DNA of 64,000 bases from Basidiobolus meristosporus CBS 931.73 (taxonomy: Eukaryota > Fungi > Basidiobolomycota): positions 98,365-162,364 of the forward strand of contig MCFE01000119.1 in NCBI GenBank assembly GCA_002104905.1. The letters run 5' to 3'. Below the pieces are notes generated by a model. That model was given only the letters and a program-made list of their open reading frames with translations, ran no database searches and was not told the DNA's origin. Each line of letters starts with the position of its first letter. Position 1 is the first letter of the stretch. Below are positions 14,281-26,400 of the stretch, piece after piece. Both the position numbers and the translations under genes were made by a program.

Positions 14281-14670
14281 GCACCAATAAGAATGAAGAT
14301 GAAAATGCTTTAATAAGCAATGACAATCAGCAATGGAGGTAGCTAAGACCCTTCAAAGGCAACAGCAACCTGTTTTGTAACTACTGCAAAAGGAAAGGAC
14401 ACACATCAGACCAGGGCCTCAAAAAGAAAGATAATCATCAAAAGAAGCCTGAATATGGAAATGCTGCAACAACTAAAGATAGACTATAGACTTGTTCCAT
14501 TGGATAGTGCCACATAGTGCCAGCCTGTTTATGGTGCCGGATCAATCTGGCACTCTACGGCACTATCTGGCACAATAATTTCTACCATGATGCCTGTGGT
14601 ATGATACAGCTACTGGTAATTTTACTCAATCTTACTTATGTTGCTCAGAATAGTGCTTTCCTTGCTTTAT

Positions 14671-15555
14671 TTACTCTTCATAATGCTCCAGACACATTTC
14701 TCTCAGTGGATGTGTTCTTGTATGAACATACTGTGCATTAATAAGTATCTTAACTATTTTACCTATTCTGCTGCTTTCTCCTATATATGACTTTCCTCTG
14801 TATTTACCTGCCAATATGCTGAATCTCTTCAGATATCCAAATGTGTGCTCTACCCTTACTCTGAAATGATTAAATATCTCATTGTAGAGCTTCTGCTTCC
14901 TGCTAAGTACACCATTCCTTGGCTTACTATCAGCTGTAATACATCCTAATCTCTGACAATCCTCTCCTATATAAGCTAAGTCTGCCATACATTTCTCCCC
15001 TCTACTGAATTCAGGATGATTCTCTACCCAGAGTGCTTTGTCATGCCTACTTCCAGCAAATGGCCCACTAAACCAGATGATGTTACCCTCAATGTCAGAC
15101 AGTGCTTGAAACTTCACACAGTGTGCCTTGTACTTGCCAGAATAAAAGTGCCTCTGCCCTCTAGAAGGTCTGTTGATCCTCACTGGGAAGGTATCCAAAA
15201 TACTCCTGATATGGAACCTGTTGCTGAACACTCTGGGATATGGAAGTCTATTGGAGCTTCTGAACCTAGTATTCCAAGCTTGCTCTAAGTCATTCATACC
15301 CTCTGCAAGGTGGTTCTCCATTGCTGTCAGCTGGGAATGAAAGCTTCTAGGACTTTTGTTGCCATGGATGGTGGGATGAAACCTTGTAGGGCAATAGTTC
15401 TTGTAAAAGCAGAGAAGCTTGACAAGGGATCTCCTTGAGTAGATTGGGGTTGATGGTCCACAGTACTTGGAATAGATCTCCTCTAGTGTGTCAAAAGGAA
15501 ATCCAGTGGTAGTGATGGGATTGATGAGAAAAGACCATTCAGATGAGTAAGTCAT
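14671..15555 (-). CDS. DDE transposase (DDE_Tnp_4 / IS5-ISL2 / Harbinger-like), 294 aa, intact
   Basis: ATG start. Motifs ILDTFPVRINRP, YSGKYKAHCVKFQ, GPFAGSRHD, MADLAYIG, RVRVEHTFGYLKRF are typical of this DDE family. Confidence 0.88.
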   Translation of the reverse strand: MTYSSEWSFLINPITTTGFPFDTLEEIYSKYCGPSTPIYSRRSLVKLLCFYKNYCPTRFHPTIHGNKSPRSFHSQLTAMENHLAEGMNDLEQAWNTRFRSSNRLPYPRVFSNRFHIRSILDTFPVRINRPSRGQRHFYSGKYKAHCVKFQALSDIEGNIIWFSGPFAGSRHDKALWVENHPEFSRGEKCMADLAYIGEDCQRLGCITADSKPRNGVLSRKQKLYNEIFNHFRVRVEHTFGYLKRFSILAGKYRGKSYIGESSRIGKIVKILINAQYVHTRTHPLREMCLEHYEE

Positions 15556-15914
15556 ATTAAAATTGGTGGATGATTGTATTAAGGTGGTTTGAATTGATTT
15601 GGCACGATCTGCCTTATTTATCTGATTTTTGATATATTATGGTTAAATCTCCATCAATTGCCATGTATCCCATCATTATGTCGCAAAAATCATTCGCAAA
15701 CAATGCCTTAGTACTTTTATTGATGCTTTAATCATAGGTCTATAATCAAATAGGAAATCTGCAATTGATGTGATCTGATCCGTGTCAACATGATCTGAGA
15801 TGCATCATGCATAATATATGGAAAATTCAACAATCACTTCAGTTTTCATATATATTTCATATAAGACCAGGTTGATGCCAATATACTGCTGTATAAGTAT
15901 CCAAATCTGTTGCT

Positions 15915-17162
15915 ATGGTCCCCATACCAAGCCTCAACTCATCTTTAGTACAACCCAGACAAAACCCATCCCCCAGCTCACAAGCGCGGTCCGGACCGGA
16001 AAAGTTGATGTCAGATCCGTTTGAGTTCTCGCCAAATGATTTTAGTATGGCCCAAGTGTCTATGATGAGCCTTCATACAGATATTTGGGCACTACTGATT
16101 AATCTAGCAGAACTAGATACCTCTGAGAGTCAACAAAGATGGAAGAATTTGAGTAGAAAGCTGTGGCATGACTTCTACATCAAGATGCCAGCCGATGTAT
16201 GTAAAAAGATATATAACAAGACAAGTATTGAAATCAAGAATGAGCTGAGAGTGAGGGGATTTGACAAAGAAGCCGCGCGGGAGCGATTTCACGCGCAATT
16301 TGCACAGTACGGGCCGGACGCGTCTGTTTGTGCCTTAACTTTGGGAACCAAAGAGATTTTGAATGAGTTCTTGCCTCAAATGACTAATGTACTACGTGAT
16401 ATATTAGTAGAGCTAAGTGGCTTCCGAGAGCAATATACACAGGACTCATCCAGGCAACAGCTCCAAAGTATCAGACAGAGGGTAAGTGAATACCTTGAGG
16501 AATCAGATGGTGAGCTTCAGGAGGAAGAATACAGACCGCAAGCAGCATCATCCAGGTTGCGCCAGCACGCCTTGCTGGATTCCCTACCATCTCTTGCAAC
16601 CACAGCGCGCCGGCGCATGTCAGTCCAGAGTACACCAACACCCTTTACCAGAACGCCCCACATCAAGTCAACGCGCGTTGGGTCAACACGCATGCTTCAG
16701 AGCAAAACTACAAGAACTTGCCAAACTGCTCATTTAGACACAAGTCCATTGGAGCGGACCAAGTTGCGTCAACTTGCAGCATCACATCAAACTCAGCCAA
16801 GGGCCATCTCAACACGTCAAGGCGCGCCTGCGCGTGTGGTTTTGCCTGACCATCAGCGAGTTACTTCTGGTGAACTGACTGATGATGACCAACATGAAGT
16901 GCCTCAACCACCGGAGCCCTTGGCAAGTAAAAGAACGCATCAGCGCGTGGCACTACAGGCCGGTTCAGTTGGTTTAGTTGGAGCGATTCAGCACGGCCAA
17001 GCTGTAGCATCGCACTCATCAACTAGGAGGCAAAATACTGACTACAAATACACAAGTAGCCAAGATGATAGTCAGCCAGGAAGTAGTATAGGTGTGCAAA
17101 GTGAGTCACTACCAAATGCTTCAGTAGTAATCCCTGTGAGAAAAAAACCCAGGAGAAGATGA
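15915..17162 (+). CDS. Harbinger accessory ORF2, 415 aa; weak MADF/Myb-SANT-like segment, low-complexity C-terminus, basic tail
   Basis: ATG start inside the TIRs. IWALLINLAELDTSESQQRWKNL resembles the W...RWKNL trihelix signature. Ends in VRKKPRRR (NLS-like). Homologous remnant at 552-1091. Confidence 0.65.
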   Translation: MVPIPSLNSSLVQPRQNPSPSSQARSGPEKLMSDPFEFSPNDFSMAQVSMMSLHTDIWALLINLAELDTSESQQRWKNLSRKLWHDFYIKMPADVCKKIYNKTSIEIKNELRVRGFDKEAARERFHAQFAQYGPDASVCALTLGTKEILNEFLPQMTNVLRDILVELSGFREQYTQDSSRQQLQSIRQRVSEYLEESDGELQEEEYRPQAASSRLRQHALLDSLPSLATTARRRMSVQSTPTPFTRTPHIKSTRVGSTRMLQSKTTRTCQTAHLDTSPLERTKLRQLAASHQTQPRAISTRQGAPARVVLPDHQRVTSGELTDDDQHEVPQPPEPLASKRTHQRVALQAGSVGLVGAIQHGQAVASHSSTRRQNTDYKYTSSQDDSQPGSSIGVQSESLPNASVVIPVRKKPRRR

Positions 17163-20100
17163 TGCGATTGCTTTGAATTGCTCACATTTGTAATGATCCC
17201 AACAACCCTTTTTTTTTGCAATCCAAATCAAGCCATCGCAAATCAGTGATCATCAATTTTTTGATATAAGTAATATCAAGGTCATCTCACATTTGAGACA
17301 GAACCCCTATAAATAAACACCCTGCATATATATACGTCATCCGTAATACCAGTGCAGCTATTGGATCTGTTTTGCACCTACACAATTGCTTGCGTGCTGG
17401 CTATGACACCTTGTCCAATCACTAGGATCAGGGATTTACTTGCTCAATGAGCAAAATGGGATATTTGATGGCGAATCAGGTAGCTTTTTTAGTAGTCAAT
17501 GACCCAATTGGGGGCTGCCAGCTTCAGGATACTTTTGGACCAATTAACCACTGAGATACCGTCCAATTGGAGTGAGGGTAACCAAAATGGTAAGTATTAG
17601 TTTAGTTTATAGTGTGATACACATATATTTCCATTTACATTAAAGAAACATATCCAAATACCGGATTTTACCTGCCATAATGGCGGTATCCGATTGCGCA
17701 CGTGATGCTAACATTACAAGTTGGCGTGATCATCCGTTCCAACCTCATTGTGTCAGATTGTGCCATAGTGTGCAAGATTGTCCTGCATAGTGCAAAATCG
17801 TCCAAGAACAATCCTTCCTTCTGGTAGCTATAATATTGCACCCAATCGTTCTTTACAACCGCAGATTGTGCCGCATGCCCTGGCACGGTACAATGGAACA
17901 AGTCTTATTCCTATCTGTACTAAAAATGACCACAAACAGGGATTCTCAGATGTAGTATATTGACTGTGAAGCATCTCAACACTTAACACACCAAATAGAA
18001 CTTTTTACCCATTATCATGATGTTCCATTTAAGAATGTTTTCATGGGTGACAACAAAACACTTGATGCAGTGGGAGAAGGTACTATCCAAGTAAGCCTAA
18101 GAGGCAGTGAAGGAAGCCATACACTGACTTTCAAAGAAGTACTCTATGTACTAGAAATAGCCAAGAACCTACTATCTGTGAGCAAGGCCACTGCAGAAGG
18201 ACTCAGTTTCAGCTTTGACAATTCTAAATGCAAGATCACCGATCAAAATGGTGCCCATATTGCTTTGGGTATCAGAGATCAGAATCTATACAAGTTGACT
18301 TATATTCCATCATATTTGGAATTCAATATAAGTAACTTGAATGAGGAAACACCAATGCTTTGGCTCCGGAGATTTGGTCACATTGATTTTGATTATTTGC
18401 GCAAAATGATCAAAGATCAGCTAATTTCTGGAGTAAAAAGTGATCACCCAGCTAATTTGGAGCACTGTGAAGCCTGCATATATGAGAAACAAGCCAGACA
18501 ACCATTCAAGAGCTCTGGGTTAATCAAAACTAAGAAAAAACTAGATGTAATTCACTCAGATCTGTGTGGACCTATTCAAAATTTATCCTTAGGTGGAATG
18601 AAGTATTTAATTGCTTTTATTGATGATTATGCAAGATACACTTGGGTCTACTTCATGGAGAGAAAGGAAGAAGCTCTGTCTAAGCTCAGGGAGCTTAAAG
18701 CTATCATGGAGAGAGAAACTGGCAAAAAGATCAAGAAATATGCTCTGACAATGGTGCAGAATATACCTCAAAACTCTTCATCCACTTCTGCAAAATTCAA
18801 GGGATAAAGCAAGAGACTACTGTACCATATTCCCCACAGCAAAATGAAGCAGCAGAACATGCTCACAGATCAATAATTGGTATAGCAAAATCTATGATCC
18901 ATGATCAAAAACTATGCTGTGATTATTGGGTGGAATTAGTTGCCACTGCTGTATATCTTAAAAATAGGAGTTATAACAGAATACTTTGTGATTTTACTCC
19001 ATTTGAAGCATGATATGGATACAGACCAAGTGCAGACCATCAAATAATATTTGGGTGTAAAGCATATACCAAGAAACTGCCCGGAAATCAGTCAAAATTT
19101 GAGCCAAAGAGTGTAAATGCATATTTTTGGGCTACTGCAATGAGAGTAAAGTATACAGACTCTACAATACCAAAGCAAAGAAGCTAATCACGTCCAGGGA
19201 TGTGCTGCTTGATGAATATTCAAAATTCTCACAAAAAATGACATCAGATGATGATACAAATCTGTTCTCAAGTCTACCAATTGTCAGAATTGAATCAGAG
19301 CAAAACAGTGAAAATTTTTTCACTTCAAAGGACTCTACAACCATGGTTCAGCCAGATTCAGTGCCCAGGAATATCTCAGAAGTGATCATTCTAGAGTCAA
19401 ATGCCTGGAGATCCAATTGGACAAGAAATAGCCCACATTACTACATCAATGAGGGTACAAACCTAGCCTATGCCAATTCAGTCCATATTGATGAACCCCA
19501 GACTGTAAAAAAGGCCCTAAATAGCCCTCAGATGGAGTTTTGGAGATTGGCAATGACTGAGGAATATCAGGCCCAGATGGAAAATCAAACCTGGGACTTG
19601 GTCAAGTTACCAATCAACCAAAAATCAATTGGATGCAGATGGGTCTTCAGGACAAAATACAAGGCTGATGGTACAATTGAAAGATACAAAGTAAGACTTG
19701 TAGCCAAAGGATACTCTCAGACAAAAGGACTTGACTATACTGCAACCTTTGCACTGGTAGCCAAGTTTAATTCCATCATATTAATTTTGGCTATTGCAGC
19801 CAAAAATAAGTTTTTTATTCATCAAATGGATGTAAAGCAGTATTTGTGAATGGAGAACTTGCTGAGGATATGTATATGGACCAGCCTGATGGGTTTGTTG
19901 ACCAAGATAATCCCCATTTGGTCTGCAAGCTTAAAAAGTCACTATATGGTCTCAGACAATCACCAGGAGCCTGGAATTGCAAGATAGATTCTTATTTGGA
20001 ATCTTTGAGTTTCAAAAGGAGTAATGCTGACTATAGTATATACTATAATCCAGATAGAGCAAATCCAGTTCTATCAGCTTTGTATGTGGAAGATCTTATT

Positions 20101-23100
20101 ATAGCCATCAATAACCTAGAAATATTGGAAGAGACTAAATCCAGCCTATCTAAGGAGTTCAAGATGTCTGATCTAGGAGAACTCAGTTACTACTTAGGGA
20201 TTTAGTTCTCCATTGACAGAAGTACCCAGACTATCACCCTATGCCAATCCAAGTATATTCAAGATATACTAAAGAAGTACCAAATGGAAGACTGTAAACC
20301 AGCAGCTACCTCAATGGAGACAAACCTTAACTTGTCAAAACTCAACCAACTCAAGAGAGCTTGGTGCATCTGAAAGCCCTGACTTTCCTTATCAATCTAT
20401 GGTCTGCAGTCTGATGTATATCATGCTTGGAACACATCCAGATACTTCATATTCAGTGGGAGTTGTCAGCCAACATAATCAGAACTATGGATCTGATTGT
20501 ATTGCAGCAACTAAGTGGATTTTTAGATACCTTAAAGGAACTGCTGATATCTGCTTAGGATACACTTATAAGGATTCAGAACAGGATCTTGTGGGATACT
20601 CTGATGCAGATTGGGGACAAGATTTAGAATACAGAAGATCTACCACAGGATACACCTTACTTTACTGTAAAGGAGCAATTTCATGGAATTCACAAAAGTA
20701 ACCAACTGTGGCACCTTCTACCACAGAGGCAGAGTCCATGGCAGCCTGTGAAGCTACAAAAGAAGCAATGTGGTTAAGAAAGCTTTTTACAGATTTAGGT
20801 CTATGTCAAAAACACCTATTACATTATTTCAAGATAATCAAGGATGTATACAATTAAGTAGAAATCCAACTTTTCATGCTGAAGCCCAGCACATAGATAC
20901 TGAACATCTTTTCATAGGTGAAGCTATAGAGAATAACTAAGTTAGCTTAGCTTACTGCCCTTCAGATGAAATGATTGCAGATATATTTATCAAACCATTA
21001 GCTAGACACTGGTTTGAACATCTTAGGTCAAAATTAGGACTAGTCAGTATCAACATATAGCTAAGTGGGAGCTTTGTAAAAATCTGTAATTCCACCTAAA
21101 TACTCACCTAACTTGGTCACTTAGATCATTACCTTCAGATCCTAGAGAATACTGACCAGACTCCTTGTTTGGATTTATTTAGAATATTTTCACCAAAATA
21201 CCAGGTACCTGGAACATGAATATTCTTAAAGTTGTCCAAACAGCCCCAAACCTGGCACACATGTTCTTGGGACCTTCCTTAACCTATTCTACATATTTGT
21301 TTTGCCAGTACCATGTAAAAGTATAAAACTACTTTTAAACTCATTGAGTCATTAAGTGAAAACCACATAATCTACTTGTCCTCCCAATCACTTCCAATAT
21401 CTCCAAGACTCTTACAGCAAATATGTCTGCAATCATTTCATCTGAAGGACAGTAAACTAAGCTAACTAAGTTATTCTCTACAGCTTCACCTATGAAATGA
21501 TGCTCAGTATCTATGTGCTGAGCTCCAGCATGAAAAGTTGGATTTCTACCTAATTGTATACATCCTTGATTATCTTGAAATAAAGTAATAGGTGTTTTTG
21601 ACATAGGCCTAAATCTGTAAAAAGCTTTCTTAACCATATTGCCTCTTTGGTAGATTCACAGGCTGATATGTACTCTGCCTCTGTGGTAGAAGGTGCCACA
21701 GTTAGCTGCTTTCCATGAAATTGCTCCTTTACAGTAAAGAAAGGTGTATCTTGTGGTAGATCTTCTGTCTTCTAAATTTTGTCCCCAATCAGCATCAGAG
21801 TATGCTACAAGTTCCCACTCTGATTCCGTATAAGTGTATCTTATGCAGATATCAGCAGTTCCTTTTTGATATCTAGAAATCTGCTTAACAGCTGCAATAT
21901 GATCTGATCCATAGTTCTGATTACACTGGCTTACAACTCCCACTGAATATGAGATATCTGTACGTGTTCCAAGCAAGATATACTTTAGACTGTCAACCAT
22001 AGATTGATAAGGAAAGTCAGGGCTTTCAGATTGCACTAAGCTCTCTTGAGTTGGTTGAGTTTTGACAAGTTAAGGTTTGTCTCCATTGAGGTAGCTGCTG
22101 GTTTACAGTCTTCCATTTGATACTTCTTTAGTATATCTTGAATATACTTGGATTGGCATAGGGTGATAGTCTGGGTACTTCTGTCTATGGAGAACTTAAT
22201 CCCTAAGTAGTAACTGAGTTCTCCTAGATAAGACATCTAGAACTCCATGGATAGCCTGGATTTAGTCTCATTCAATGTTGCTAGGTTATTGGCAACTATA
22301 ATAAGATCATCTACATATAAAACTGATAGAACTAGATTTGCTCTATCTGGCTTACAATATATACTATAGTCAGCATTACTCCTTTTGAAACTCAAAGATT
22401 CCAAACAAGAATCTATCTTGCAATTCCATGCTCTTGGTGATTGTCTGAGACCATATAGTGACTTTTTAAGCTTGCAGGCCAAATGGGGGTTATCTTGATC
22501 TCCTTGGATAAGCTTGATTTAGTCTCTTCCAGTGTTGCTAGGTTATTGGTGTCTATAATAAGATCATCCACATACAAAGCTAATAGAGCTGGACTTGCTC
22601 TATCCAGCTTACAATATATACTATAGTCAGCATTACTCCTTTTGAAACTCAAAGATTCCAAATAAGAATCTATCTTGCAATTCCAGGCTCTTGGTGATTG
22701 TTTGAGACCATATAGTGACTTTTTAAGCTTGCAGACCAAAAGGATGTTGTCTTGTTCAGCAAACCCATCAGGCCAGTCCAGGTACACACCCTCATCAAGT
22801 CCTCCATTCAAAAATGCTGTTGTTACATCCATTTGATGAATAAAAAACCAATATTTGGCTGCAATAGTCAATATCAATCGGATGGAATTAAACTTGACTA
22901 CTGGTGCAAAGGTCTCAGTAGAGTCAAGTCCTTTTGCTTGAGAGTATCTTTTGGTCACAAGTCTTGCTTTGTATCTTTCAATTGTACCATCAGCCTTGTA
23001 TTTTGTCTTGAAGACCCATCTGCATCCAATTGATTTTTGGTTGAGTGGTAATTTGACTAAGTCCCAAGTTTGATCTTCCATCCAGGCCTGATATTCCTCA

Positions 23101-23424
23101 GTCATTGCCAATCTCCAAAACTACATCTGAGGGCTATTTAGGGCCTCTTTCAAAGTCTGGGGCTCACTTATATGGACTGAATAGGCATAGGCTAAGTTTG
23201 TACCCTTGTTGATATATTAATTTGGGCTATTTCTGGTCCAGTTGGATCTCCAGGCATTTGATACTGGAGTGACACTTCTGGAATATTCCTGGCAACTGAT
23301 TTAGGCTGAACCATGGTTGTAGAGTCCTCTCAAATGAACAAATTCTCATTGTGTTGCTCTGATTCGATTCTGACCATTGGTGGACTTGAGATCAGATTTT
23401 TGTCATCATCTGATGTCATCTTTT

Positions 23425-26400
23425 TGTTGTAAGAGTCTTGGAGATATTGGAAGTGATTGGGAGAACAAGTAGATTATGTGGTTTTCACTTAATGATTTAT
23501 TGAATGTAAAAGTAGTATTTATACTTTTACATGGTCTTGGCATTACAAACACGTAGAATAGGTTAAGGAAGGTCCCAAGAACATGTGTGCAAAGTTTGGG
23601 GCTGTTTGGACAACTTTGAGAATTTTCATGTTCTGGGTACCTGGTATTTTGGTGAAAATATTCTAAGTAAATCCCGACAAGGAATTTGGTCAGTATTCTC
23701 TAGGATTTGAAGATGATGATCTAAGTGACTAAGTTAGGTGAATATTTAGGTGGAAAATACGAAATTTTACAACACTCCCACTCAGCTAAATGTTCATACT
23801 GACTAGTCCTAATTTTGACCTAAGATATTCAAACTTGTCTCTAGCTAATGGTTTGGTAAATATGTCTGCAATCATTTCATCTGTAGGACAGTAAACTAAG
23901 CTAACTAAGTTATTCTCTATAGCTTCACGTATGAAATGATGTCTAATATCTATGTGCTTGGTTCTAGCATGAAAAGTTGGATTTCTACCTAATTGTATAC
24001 ATCCTTGATTATCTTGAAATAAAGTAATAGGTGTTTTTTGACATAGGCCTAAATCTGTAAAGAGCTTTCTTAACCACATTGCTTCTTTTGTAGCTTCACA
24101 GGCTGCCATATACTCTGCCTCTGTAGTAGAAAGTGCTACGGTTGGTTGCTTTCTTGAATTCCATGAAATGGCTCCTTTACAGTAAAGAAAGGTGTATCCT
24201 GTGGTGGATCTTCTGTCTTCTAAATTTCGTCCCCAATCAGCATCAGAGTATCCCACAAGATCCTGTTCTGAATCCTTATAAGTGTATCTTAAACAGATAT
24301 CAGCAGTTCCTTTTAGGTATCTAAAAATCCGCTTAACTGCTGCAATATGATCAGATCCATAATTCTGATTATGTTGGCTGACAACTCCCACTGAATATGA
24401 GATATCTGGACGTGTTCCAAGCATGATATACATCAGACTGCCGACCATAGATTGATAAGGAAAGTCAGGGCTTTCAGATGGCACCAAGCACTCTTGATTT
24501 GGTTGAGTTTTGACCAAGTTAAGGTTTGTCTCCATTGGGGTAGCTGCCGGTTTACAGTCTTCCATTTTGTACTTCTTTAGTATATCTTGAATATACTTGG
24601 ATTGGCTTAGGGTAATAGTCTGGGTACTTCTGTCTATGGAGAACTTAATCCCTAAGTAGTAACTAAGTTCTCCTAGATCGGACATCTTGAACTCCTTAGA
24701 TAGGCTGGATTTAGTCTCTTCCAATGTTTCTAGGTTATTGGCGGCTATAATAAGATCATCCACATATAGAGCTAATAGAACTGGATTTGCTCTATCTGGC
24801 TTATAGTATATACTATAGTCAGCATTACTCCTTTTGAAACTCAAAGATTCCAAATAAGAATCTATCTTGCAATTCCAGGCTCTCGGTGATTGTTTGAGAC
24901 CATATAGTGACTTTTTAAGCTTGCAGACCAAATGGGGGTTATCTTGGTCAACAAAACCATCAGGCTGGTCCATATACACGTCCTCATCAAGTTCTCCATT
25001 CAAAAATGCAGTTTTTACATCCATTTGATGAATAAAAAACTTATATTTGGCTGCAATAGCCAATATTAATCTGATGGAATTAAACTTGGCTACCGGTGCA
25101 AAGGTCTCAGTATAGTCAAGTCCTTTTGTTTGAGAGTATCCTTTGGCTACAAGTCTTGCTTTGTATCTTTCAATTGTACCATCAGCCTTGTATTTTGTCT
25201 TGAAGACCCATCTGCATCCAATTGATTTTCGGTTGATTGGTAATTTGACTAAGTCCCAAGTTTGATTTTCCATCAGGGCCTGATATTCCTCAGTCATTGC
25301 AGATCTCCAAAACTTCGTCTGAGGGCTATTTAGGGCCTCTTTTACAGTCTGGGGTTCATCAACATGGACTGAATAGGCATAGGCTAAGTTTGTACCCTCA
25401 TTGATATAGTAATTTGGGCTATTTCTTGTCCGATTGGATCTCCGGGCATTTGATACTGGAATGATCACTTCTGGGATATTCCTGGGCACTGATTCTGGCT
25501 GAACCACGGTTGTAGAGTCCTCTGGAGTGAAAAAATTTTCATTGTTTTGCTCTGATTCAATCCTGACAATTGGTGGACTTGAGATCAAATTTTCGTCATC
25601 ATCTGATGTCATTTTTTGTGAAAATTTTGAATTTTCATCAAACAACACATCCCTGGACTTGATCAGCTTCTTTGCTTCGGTATTGTAGAGTCTGTATGCC
25701 TTACTCTCATTGCAGTAGCCCAAAAATATGCATTTTACACTTTTTGGATCAAATTTTGACTGATTTCCGGCCAGTTTTTTGGCATATGCTGTACACCCAA
25801 ATATTCTTAGATGTTCTGCACTTGGTCTGTATCCATACCATGCTTCAAATGGAGTAGAATCACGAAGTATTCTGTTATAACTCCTATTTTTAAGATATAC
25901 AGCAGTGGCAACTGATTCCGCCCAAAAATCATAGGATAATTTTTGATCATGGATCATAGATCTTGCCATATCAATTATTGATCTGTTAGCTCGTTCTGCT
26001 ACTCCATTTTGCTGTGGGGAGTATGGTACAGTAGTCTCTTGCTTTATCCCATGAATTTTGCAGAAGTGGATGAAGAGTTTTGAGGTATATTCTCCACCAT
26101 TGTCAGAGCGTATTTTCTTGATTTTTTCACCAGTTTCTCTCTCCACCATGGCTTTGAACTCCCTGAGCTTAGACAGAGCTTCTTCCTTTCTCTCCATGAA
26201 GTAGACCCATGTGTATCTTGTATAATCATCAATAAAAGTGATTAAATACTTCATCCCGCCTAAGGATAAATTTTGCATAGGTCCACACAGATCTGAGTGA
26301 ATTAGATCTAATTTTTTCTTAGTTTTGATTAACCCAGAGCTCTTGAACGGTTGTCTGGCTTGTTTCCCATATATGCAGGCTTCACAGTGCTCCAAAATAG

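Larger units (their letters stand above)
14488..17905. mobile_element. Complete PIF/Harbinger-type (IS5-like) DNA transposon, 3418 bp, two divergent ORFs
   Basis: Perfect 15-bp TIR AGACTTGTTCCATTG (14488-14502) / CAATGGAACAAGTCT (17891-17905). 3-bp TSD TAT. Host Copia sequence gatagacTATtc rejoins across it. Confidence 0.92.
6211..21419 (+). mobile_element. Decayed Ty1/Copia copy nested antisense in the older Copia, itself split by Gypsy and Harbinger inserts
   Basis: 5' LTR 6211-6559, 3' LTR ~21072-21419, TSD AATAT at 6206-6210 and 21420-21424. gag 6560-7172 resumes at 14281-14487. PR/IN/RT/RH fragments at 17906-21060 (ORFs 18043, 19127, 19846, 20399). Confidence 0.9.
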
